Positions 8,183 to 16,192 of a stretch of DNA of 37,651 nucleotides are shown one piece after another (position 1 is the stretch's first letter; each line of letters starts with the position of its first letter). The translations under genes and the position numbers were made by a program. The stretch is taken from NCBI GenBank assembly GCA_036261425.1, contig DATAKU010000123.1:1-37651 (forward strand), in the 5' to 3' direction. Origin of the DNA: Candidatus Limnocylindria bacterium (GTDB lineage Bacteria; Chloroflexota; Limnocylindria; QHBO01). The notes beneath the pieces are model-generated. The model was not told where the DNA came from. It saw nothing but the letters and a program-made list of their open reading frames with translations, and did no database searches.

Positions 8183-8274
8183 GGTTATCGTCGCCGAAAC
8201 GCGACACCCGCGCAACTGAGATCGAGCCCGCCGGCCGGTGCCCGATCCGCCCTGAACCGGGCCCGGTGGCAGCC

Positions 8275-8631
8275 TCAGGCGGCCCGCGGCCGCTCCCAGA
8301 GCCCGAGCAGGCTGCCGGCTGGATCTCGGAACGTCGCTCGGTGGCCGACGCCGGGGGCGATCTCGGTCCGCGGCGTCACGACCTCCCCGCCCGCAGCCGC
8401 GATCCGCACCAGGACCGCTTCGATCTCGCCGGCGTCCAGGTAGAGGATCGGTCCGGCGTCGATCGCGGGCCGAAGATCGCCCCGGAACGCGCCGGCATGC
8501 CCGGCGCCGTCGTCGAACCACACCGTGTCACCGTCATCTGTGATGGTCCAGCCGAGGGCGTCGCCGTAGAAGCGTCCCGTGGCAGAGCAGTCCGCCCCGC
8601 CTGGCAGCTCGATCCAGGTGATGGCAGCCAT
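8275..8631 (-). CDS. VOC (glyoxalase/bleomycin-resistance/dioxygenase) family protein, 118 aa
   Basis: Single-domain size. N-terminal WIELP..FYGDALGW and C-terminal ATFRDPAGSLLGLWE strands are typical of the fold. Confidence 0.78.
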   Translation of the reverse strand: MAAITWIELPGGADCSATGRFYGDALGWTITDDGDTVWFDDGAGHAGAFRGDLRPAIDAGPILYLDAGEIEAVLVRIAAAGGEVVTPRTEIAPGVGHRATFRDPAGSLLGLWERPRAA

Positions 8632-8637
8632 GGTGGC

Positions 8638-8904
8638 CTAGGCCTGGCGGCTCGACGATCCGCGCAGCACCAGCAGGATCAGCATGGCACCGATGGCGGC
8701 GATGACGATGGCGCCCAGCCAGCCCTCTGCCTCGCTCTGGCCGAGCACGCTCGTCCACAGGAAGCCACCCAGGAGGCCACCGAGGATGCCGATGAGCATG
8801 GTGCCCAGGCAGCCTGCCGGCGCCCGGCCCGGAACGAACATGCCGGCGATCGCGCCGGCCACCCAGCCCACGATGATCCACCCCAGGATTCCCAGATCGC
8901 CCAC
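8638..8904 (-). CDS. GlsB/YeaQ/YmgE (transglycosylase-associated) small membrane protein, 88 aa
   Basis: ILGWIIVGWVAGAIAG...GTMLIGILGGLLGGFLW..GAIVIAAIGAMLILLVLR. GTG start with GGAGGT 5 nt upstream. Confidence 0.85.
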   Translation of the reverse strand: MGDLGILGWIIVGWVAGAIAGMFVPGRAPAGCLGTMLIGILGGLLGGFLWTSVLGQSEAEGWLGAIVIAAIGAMLILLVLRGSSSRQA

Positions 8905-8922
8905 GCGTACCTCCGGATGCTG

Positions 8923-9414
8923 CTAGTCGTCGATGGCCATCGTAAGGTCCGCGACAACGGCGCCGTCCTCCACGGTCGCAGCGAAGCGCTGGAGCGGCGG
9001 ATCGCCGCTGTCGAGCGGGATGCCCTCCAGCGTCCACGCGCGCCCGTCGCAATCGGTCAGGCGGTCGTCGTCGATCTCCACCGCGCAATCGTCGGCCGCC
9101 GGGCTCGCGGCGTTCAGGACGACGACGCCGCCGGCCGGTCCCGGACCGATGAGCAGCCGAAGCTGGACCCGTCCGTCGCCTGCCGCGAGCTCTCCGTGGT
9201 GGCCGTACGAGCGTGCCAGGACCACGTCGCGCCGCACCGGACCGGCGGCGGCCTCGGCCGCCGTCGCCACGATGACGGCCGAGTCGTCGCGGGGCGGAGC
9301 CAGGCTGAAGATGACCGGCCGCACCAGGAGGATGACCGCAACCACCAGCACCGCGATGAGGAGGCAGCCCACCGCGTAGCGGCGGATGGGCACCGGCTCG
9401 TGCTCGATCGTCAT
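8923..9414 (-). CDS. N-terminally membrane-anchored hypothetical protein, 163 aa
   Basis: Trimmed to the ATG at 9414 (MTIEHEP), which overlaps the upstream stop as ATGA (9411..9414). It has one TM (CLLIAVLVVAVILLV) followed by a beta-rich acidic ectodomain with two Cys. Confidence 0.55.
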   Translation of the reverse strand: MTIEHEPVPIRRYAVGCLLIAVLVVAVILLVRPVIFSLAPPRDDSAVIVATAAEAAAGPVRRDVVLARSYGHHGELAAGDGRVQLRLLIGPGPAGGVVVLNAASPAADDCAVEIDDDRLTDCDGRAWTLEGIPLDSGDPPLQRFAATVEDGAVVADLTMAIDD

Positions 9415-10103
9415 GCGGCCGCCTCCCCGCCGGGCGGAAGGAGCTCGATCAGCGTGGCGCCGGTGCAGTTGTAGAACAGGGTCCCGCTCAGCTCCGCGCT
9501 GCGGTCGTCGATCCCGCGGCGGACCAGCGCGGTGTGCCCGTGCAGCCACAGCGGCGGGCGCAGCCGCTCCACCAGCCAACGGAAGGCGGCGAAGCCACGG
9601 TGGGCATGGTCATGGTCGTCGTTCACGTCCCGCGGCGGTGCGTGCGTGACCACGATGATGGGCCCGAGGGCCCGCGCGCGCGGCCAGGCGAGCATGACCT
9701 TGAGCCACATGCCAGCCGCCGAGACCTGCATGCCGCGCTGGTTGTAGGTCGGCGAGCCGGAGAATCCCAGCAACCGGATCCCATGCTCGGTGACCACCTG
9801 GCCGTCCTCCATCGGCTCCGGGAGGATCGCCCGCTCCGTGTGGCGCCATCCCAGGCCGACGTCGTGATTGCCTCGGATGTAGCGGAGCGGCGCGTGGAAG
9901 GCATCCGAGACGAACGCGAGGTACGGCGGCTCCAGGTCGCCGGCGCCGACGATGAAGTCGATCGGGCCGAGCCCCTCCCGGGTGGCGGCCGAGTCCAGGG
10001 TCGGATCCGGCTCGTCGGAGACGGCGAGGAGGCGGATCGGTCGGCCGTCGCGGCCGACGAACGGCGCCGGGTCCGGCCAGCGCACGCTGAGACGGCCCGT
10101 CAC
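9411..10103 (-). CDS. metallophosphoesterase (calcineurin-like), 230 aa
   Basis: Motifs LLAVSDEPD, VGAGDLEP, RGNHD, VVTHAPP and LHGHT. The GTG start overlaps the upstream TGA (GTGA at 10100..10103). Confidence 0.85.
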   Translation of the reverse strand: MTGRLSVRWPDPAPFVGRDGRPIRLLAVSDEPDPTLDSAATREGLGPIDFIVGAGDLEPPYLAFVSDAFHAPLRYIRGNHDVGLGWRHTERAILPEPMEDGQVVTEHGIRLLGFSGSPTYNQRGMQVSAAGMWLKVMLAWPRARALGPIIVVTHAPPRDVNDDHDHAHRGFAAFRWLVERLRPPLWLHGHTALVRRGIDDRSAELSGTLFYNCTGATLIELLPPGGEAAA

Positions 10104-10786
10104 GCGCCGTCGCCGTCCGGTGCGGTTTCGGGCTCGCGGGCCAGGTCGCGCCTGCTGATCCGGTCCACGGCCGGACGCTGCTCGACGGTGGCCGAGTGGC
10201 GCCCGCGCGCCGCCTGTCGCATCTCGTCGGCACCGATGAGGGCGCTCGGGTTGGTGCGGGCGCGTCCCGGCCGGGGCAGGCCCGGACCCAACAGCTGGGT
10301 GACGTCGGCATCGATCGCCACGGCCCCGGCCTCGCGGGCCGCGGCGACGCGGTTGTGCCCGTCGGCCACGTAGTACTCGTCGCCGACCTGCACCAGCTCG
10401 ACGGGCGGCAGCGGCTGGAGCCGCTCAACGGCGCTGCGGATGCGCTGCCAGCGCGCGCTCCAGTTCCGCCCACGCGCCCTGGGCAGGGGCAGGAAGTCCG
10501 CCGTGTTCTGGGACGGCGACCGCATCGTCCCCACGATCTCGTCGAGCGGCACGGTCTGGAGCCCCACCGCGCGCCGCTGGGCCTTGCCGGCCCCGGGGTG
10601 GCGGTCGTAGAGCGACGGAAGGATCCGGCGGACGGCGCGCGCCGCGCGCTGCTCGCGGCTGCGTCGGGCGAAGGTGCGGAACCCGGCGTCGATGCGATGC
10701 GCCACCGTGCCGGCGCCCGTGGCGGCGGCGTTCAGCACGGACGCGGGCGAGACGAGCCGGCGCAGGACGCGGAAGAGCTCACGCAT
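10100..10786 (-). CDS. ParB/sulfiredoxin-like N-terminal domain protein, 228 aa
   Basis: VPLDEIVGT...DF.P...RW..I...LPPVELVQVGDEYYVADGHNRVAAAREAG. This matches the ParB/Srx core, with DGHNR in place of DGHHR. Confidence 0.72.
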   Translation of the reverse strand: MRELFRVLRRLVSPASVLNAAATGAGTVAHRIDAGFRTFARRSREQRAARAVRRILPSLYDRHPGAGKAQRRAVGLQTVPLDEIVGTMRSPSQNTADFLPLPRARGRNWSARWQRIRSAVERLQPLPPVELVQVGDEYYVADGHNRVAAAREAGAVAIDADVTQLLGPGLPRPGRARTNPSALIGADEMRQAARGRHSATVEQRPAVDRISRRDLAREPETAPDGDGA

Positions 10787-10911
10787 GGTTGTGGTGCAGG
10801 AACTGCTGCGGATTCGGTGGTTGCACCTCGTACTATGATGCCTGTCCCGAGGATGGGCGAATCGCCCGTCTTGAGGCTGCGACGAACGGAAAAGAGGGAG
10901 CGAGCACTTCG
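10787..10911. promoter_or_regulatory. divergent promoter region / structured 5-prime leader of the MsiK-like gene
   Basis: Hairpin GGTGCA..TGCACC (10793..10827), a -10-like TACTAT (10831..10836), hairpin ATGGGCG-AAT-CGCCCGT (10853..10869), and the SD AAAGAGGGAG (10891..10900). Confidence 0.3.
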
Positions 10912-12009
<1,098 letters not shown>

Positions 12010-12069
12010 AGCCCGGCGAGGAAGGGAGGGCTCCGGCAGACGCCGGGCCCCGAGTAGGTGGAGGAACCC

Positions 12070-13392
12070 ATGAGGAAATTCCGACTGATCGCGCCGGTCA
12101 TGGCCTTCGTTCTCGTGCTTGCCGCGTGCGGCAACGGCGAGGACGGCGGGGCCGATGGGACCGGCGCCCCGGAGGGGCTCGAAGAGGGCGACGGCTCGAT
12201 CGTCGTGACCTCGCTCTGGGGTGGCGCCGAGGAGGAGGCCTTCGTGGCCGTCCTCGATGCATTCACCGAGGAGACCGGCATCGAGGCCGAGTACGAGGCC
12301 AACCGGACCGACTATGCGACCGTCCTGCGCACTCGCATCCAGGGTGGCAACCCGCCGGACGTCGCCATCATCCCGGGCATCGGCTTCCTGCGGAGCTTCG
12401 CCCGTGACGGCTCGCTCATCCCGATGAGCGACCTCGGTATCAACCGCGAGGACATCGAGGGCAACTACGCTTCCGGCATCCTGGACGTCGGCGTCGTCGA
12501 TGACGAGCTGTACGGCGTCATGGTCAAGCTCAACTCGAAGGCCACCATCTGGTACAGCCCGGAGCGCTTCGAGGAGATGGGCGTCGAGCCGGCCGAGGAC
12601 TGGGAGGGCCTGCTCCAGCTGACCGAGGACATCAAGGCGGCCGGCGCCACCCCGTGGTCGCTGGGCGCGGCCGACGGCTGGACGCTGACCGACTGGTTCG
12701 AGATCACCTACCTGAAGATGCACGGCGCCGAGGCGTACGACACGCTCTTCAGCCCCGAGGGTGACTGGACCGATGCCAGCGTCCAGGAGACGCTGGACGT
12801 GATCTTCGGCGAGCTCCTCGTCGAGGACAACGTCGACGGCGGCGTGGACGGCGCGCTCGCCACCGCCTTCGTCGATGCCATCGGCCAGGTGTTCAGCACC
12901 AGCCCGTCCTCCGAGCTCTATTACGGCGGCGGCTTCGTCGGCGGCATTGCCACCGGCCAAGACGTCAACCCCGATCTCGCCGGCCAGGAGGGCACGGCCA
13001 TCGACTGGTTCCCGTTCCCGACGGTGAACGGCAGCGGCGAGGGCCTGGTCACCTACGGCGGCGACGTCATGGCGGCCCTCGTGGCCGACAGTGACGTGGC
13101 GGCGTTCATGGAGTTCATGACCACCGTCGAGTCCGGGCAGACCTGGGCCGAGGGCGGCACGATCATCTCCCCGATCGTGGACGTCGACACCGCGGTCTAC
13201 CCGACCACCCTGATCCAGGCGGAGGCCGAGCAGGTGACGAGTGCCGAGGCGGTTCGCTTCGACGGCTCTGACCTGCTGCCGGCCGGCCCGGACCTCGGCG
13301 CGCTGCTCCAGTCGGCGCTCCGTGGCGAGGACATGGGCTCGCTGCTGGAGGAGTTCCAGCAGCAGGTCACGACGGCCTGGGAGCAGGAGTAG
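12070..13392 (+). CDS. ABC transporter extracellular sugar-binding lipoprotein (family 1 SBP), 440 aa
   Basis: Lipobox VLVLAAC after MRKFRLIAPVMAF. Size and composition are typical of carbohydrate SBPs. The GTG at 12058 is an alternative start. Confidence 0.85.
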   Translation: MRKFRLIAPVMAFVLVLAACGNGEDGGADGTGAPEGLEEGDGSIVVTSLWGGAEEEAFVAVLDAFTEETGIEAEYEANRTDYATVLRTRIQGGNPPDVAIIPGIGFLRSFARDGSLIPMSDLGINREDIEGNYASGILDVGVVDDELYGVMVKLNSKATIWYSPERFEEMGVEPAEDWEGLLQLTEDIKAAGATPWSLGAADGWTLTDWFEITYLKMHGAEAYDTLFSPEGDWTDASVQETLDVIFGELLVEDNVDGGVDGALATAFVDAIGQVFSTSPSSELYYGGGFVGGIATGQDVNPDLAGQEGTAIDWFPFPTVNGSGEGLVTYGGDVMAALVADSDVAAFMEFMTTVESGQTWAEGGTIISPIVDVDTAVYPTTLIQAEAEQVTSAEAVRFDGSDLLPAGPDLGALLQSALRGEDMGSLLEEFQQQVTTAWEQE

Positions 13393-13405
13393 CGACCTGA
13401 CCACC

Positions 13406-13434
13406 GAGGAGGAGGGGCCCCGCCCCTCCTCCTC
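13406..13434 (+). terminator. intercistronic 13-bp GC hairpin (GAGGAGGAGGGGC-CCC-GCCCCTCCTCCTC) followed by GACGTTT
   Basis: Read directly. It lies between the SBP stop (13392) and the permease start (13471). It probably acts as a partial terminator or mRNA stabiliser. Confidence 0.5.
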
Positions 13435-13470
13435 GACGTTTCGCCCTGGGAGGGAGAGGAGGAGGACCTC

Positions 13471-14421
13471 ATGGCGGTTTCCAGCCCACCCGCCGTGGCC
13501 ACCGCCCCGAAGGCGGATCGGGAGCCCGGCGCCGGGTTCAACTGGGCGGCCGTGCTGTTCATGGCGCCGGCCGCGCTCTTTCTCGCAGTCTTTCTCGCCT
13601 TCCCGGCCGTCTACACGGTTGCGCTGAGCTTCAACCGCGCGCGCCGCGGCGAGTTCACCGAATGGGTGGGACTCGACAACTGGATCCGCCTGTTCACGGA
13701 GGATCCCAACTTCCTGCGCCTCGGCTTCCCGCCGTCCGGCGCGCTGTGGAACAACGTGCTGTGGCTCGTGTTCTACGTGTCGCTGTGCGTCCTGCTCGGA
13801 CTCGTGATCGCCGTGGTGGCGACGCGCGTCCGGTACGAGGCTTTCATCAAGGCCCTCGTCTTCGTGCCGCAGGCCATCGCCGCGGCCTCGATCGCCATCA
13901 TGTGGCGCTTCATCTACTCCCCCGACGCCGAGACCGGCCTGATGAACTCGATCCTCGGCATCTTCAACGTCGGCCCGGTCTCGCTGCTCGGCAGCCCGGA
14001 CACGGTGAACTGGGCACTCATCGCGGTCGGGGTGTGGAGCTCGGTCGGCTTCACGACCGTCATCCTGTCGGCGGCCATCAAGGGCATCTCGAGCGAGGTG
14101 CTCGAGGCGGCGCGGGTGGATGGCGCCAACGAGACGCAGATCTTCTGGCGGATCATCGTGCCGATGGTCAGCCTGCCCATCTCGGTGGTGGCGGTGACCC
14201 TGGTGGTCAACGTCATCAAGCTCTTCGACCTGATCTACGTCATGACCCTCGGCGGGCCGGGAGCGGCCAGCCGCGTGATCGCATTCAGCATGTACCAGGA
14301 AGCCTTCCCCGCCGGGCAGTTCGGCTACGGCGCGACCATCGCGGTCGTCATGCTGCTCCTGCTGATCCCGGTCATGTTCTTCAACATCCGGCGATTCCGC
14401 GCGGAGGCGGTGCAGCAATGA
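13471..14421 (+). CDS. carbohydrate ABC transporter permease (MalF/UgpA-like), 316 aa
   Basis: Six hydrophobic segments. EAA-type loop EAARVDGANETQIFWRIIVP. Confidence 0.9.
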   Translation: MAVSSPPAVATAPKADREPGAGFNWAAVLFMAPAALFLAVFLAFPAVYTVALSFNRARRGEFTEWVGLDNWIRLFTEDPNFLRLGFPPSGALWNNVLWLVFYVSLCVLLGLVIAVVATRVRYEAFIKALVFVPQAIAAASIAIMWRFIYSPDAETGLMNSILGIFNVGPVSLLGSPDTVNWALIAVGVWSSVGFTTVILSAAIKGISSEVLEAARVDGANETQIFWRIIVPMVSLPISVVAVTLVVNVIKLFDLIYVMTLGGPGAASRVIAFSMYQEAFPAGQFGYGATIAVVMLLLLIPVMFFNIRRFRAEAVQQ

Positions 14422-15311
14422 CGGCGATCCAGGACACCACGGTCAAGCCGCAGCCGAGGACGGCCAGCGAGCGCCTCGCGCGCATGGTCAGCAAGTCCCC
14501 GGTGCACATCATCCTGGGCCTGGTCGGGCTGATCTGGCTGATCCCCTCCCTCGGCCTGCTGATCACCTCCTTCCGCCCCAGCGCCGACATGCGGGCTTCG
14601 GGCTGGTGGACCGTGCTGGTCGAGCCGCGCTTCACGCTGGCCAACTACGAGCGGGTTCTCAGCGCGGAGGGAATGGGTGGAGCCTTCCTCAACGGCCTGT
14701 GGATCACGATCCCGTCGACCATCGGTCCGCTGGTCGTGGCCTCCATGGCCGCCTTCGCCCTGGCCTGGGTGCGCTTCCCGTTCCGCGACACGATCTTCCT
14801 GGTCATCGTCGCCGCCCTGATGGTGCCGGTCCAGATCGGCTTCATCCCGCTGGTGACCGCGTACCGGGAGAGCGGCCTGCCGCTGCTCGACACCTACGCC
14901 GGCGTGTGGCTGGCCCACACCGCCTACGCGCTGCCGTTCGGCATCTTCCTGCTGCGCAACTTCTTCATCACCCTGCCGAAGGACCTGATCGAGGCGGCCC
15001 GCATCGACGGCGCCTCGAACTGGAACATCTTCCGCACCATCGTCGTGCCGCTGTCGGTGCCGGCCATCGCGGCCTACGGGATCTTCCAGTTCCTGTGGGT
15101 CTGGAACGACCTCCTCATGGCCCTGGTGTACGTCCAGCGCAACTCGCTCCAGCCGATGACGGTCAAGGTCACCCAGCTGCTCGGGACCTACGCCACCGAG
15201 TGGAGCCTCCTGTCGGCGGCCGCGTTCCTCATCATGATCGTGCCGCTGATCGTCTTCTTCAGCCTCCAGCGCTACTTCGTCCAGGGCCTGCTGGCGGGCT
15301 CCGTGAAGTAG
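14418..15311 (+). CDS. carbohydrate ABC transporter permease (MalG/UgpE-like), 297 aa
   Basis: The ATG at 14418 overlaps the previous TGA (ATGA). EAA loop EAARIDGASNWNIFRTIVVP. Confidence 0.9.
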   Translation: MTAIQDTTVKPQPRTASERLARMVSKSPVHIILGLVGLIWLIPSLGLLITSFRPSADMRASGWWTVLVEPRFTLANYERVLSAEGMGGAFLNGLWITIPSTIGPLVVASMAAFALAWVRFPFRDTIFLVIVAALMVPVQIGFIPLVTAYRESGLPLLDTYAGVWLAHTAYALPFGIFLLRNFFITLPKDLIEAARIDGASNWNIFRTIVVPLSVPAIAAYGIFQFLWVWNDLLMALVYVQRNSLQPMTVKVTQLLGTYATEWSLLSAAAFLIMIVPLIVFFSLQRYFVQGLLAGSVK

Positions 15312-15312
15312 C

Positions 15313-16128
15313 GTGGCGGCGCTCCGCGTCGTCAGCTGGAACATTCGCGCAGCCATCGGACCGGGACCGTTCCCGGACCGATGGTGGTGCCGGATCGACG
15401 CCGATCGGCTGCACGCCATCGGCGAGTTCCTGGCATCGACCCAGGCCGACGTCGTCGCCCTGCAGGAGGTGGCCGTCGTGTCGCGTGAGGGCGCACTGGT
15501 CGACAATCCCGGCGACCTGGCGCGGCAGCTGGGCATGGAGGTCCGCTACGGTGCCGTCCGCACCTTCGTCGTGACCGATGACGCCGATGCGACGGTCGGC
15601 GTCGGCGCCTTCGGGAACGCCCTGCTCTCACGCCGCCCGATGGCGACCACGCGGGTCGTGGCCCTGCCGACGGCGGCGATGGACGCCTTCGTCGAGCCGC
15701 CCGGCGCCGACCACCCAGCCGCGGGGATCACCTATGCGGATGCCCCGCCCACCATCCGCGAGCCGCGCTGCCTGCTCCTGGCCGATGTCGACGGGCTGCG
15801 GGTCGGCACCACCCACCTCAGCCACGTGGGCTCCGGCGAGCGGCTGCTCCAGGCGGAGGCTTGCGCCGCGGCCTTCGACCCCGGACCCGCCGTGATCCTG
15901 GGCGATCTCAACGCAGCCATCGACGCCCCGGAGCTGGCCCCGCTCGCCGGATGGACCGACGGCTTCGGGGTTCCCGCCGGCGACGACGCGCGCATCTCCA
16001 CCGACGACGGCTACCGCATCGACCAGGTCCTGGCGCGGGACGCATCGGTCCAGGCCTGCCGGGTCCTGCGCGAAGCCGGCGACCTGAGCGACCACCTGCC
16101 GGTGGTGGCCGAGATCGCGTGGCCGTGA
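15313..16128 (+). CDS. endonuclease/exonuclease/phosphatase (EEP) family protein, 271 aa
   Basis: VVSWNIR, VVALQEV and the C-terminal SDHLPVVAEI motif. The GTG start lies 1 nt after the permease stop. Confidence 0.82.
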   Translation: MAALRVVSWNIRAAIGPGPFPDRWWCRIDADRLHAIGEFLASTQADVVALQEVAVVSREGALVDNPGDLARQLGMEVRYGAVRTFVVTDDADATVGVGAFGNALLSRRPMATTRVVALPTAAMDAFVEPPGADHPAAGITYADAPPTIREPRCLLLADVDGLRVGTTHLSHVGSGERLLQAEACAAAFDPGPAVILGDLNAAIDAPELAPLAGWTDGFGVPAGDDARISTDDGYRIDQVLARDASVQACRVLREAGDLSDHLPVVAEIAWP

Positions 16129-16192
16129 GGCACCGCGCTACGTCATTCGTCGCGCGCCCTCGACGACATCCAGCCGTTACGCTCGAACCAGC

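Noticed and set aside
7863-8274. Genomic island or integrative element at tRNA-His.
   Set aside because: The window contains no integrase, excisionase or phage/conjugation genes. I could not find by eye a direct repeat of the tRNA 3-prime end. Only the truncated ORF remnant hints at past rearrangement.
8923-9414. Rieske-like reading of the two-Cys ectodomain (DDCAVE...TDCDGRAW...VEDGAVV).
   Set aside because: There are no His ligands, and the Cys-Cys spacing (12 residues) is shorter than in Rieske CxH...CxxH centres. The resemblance is too loose to report as a call.
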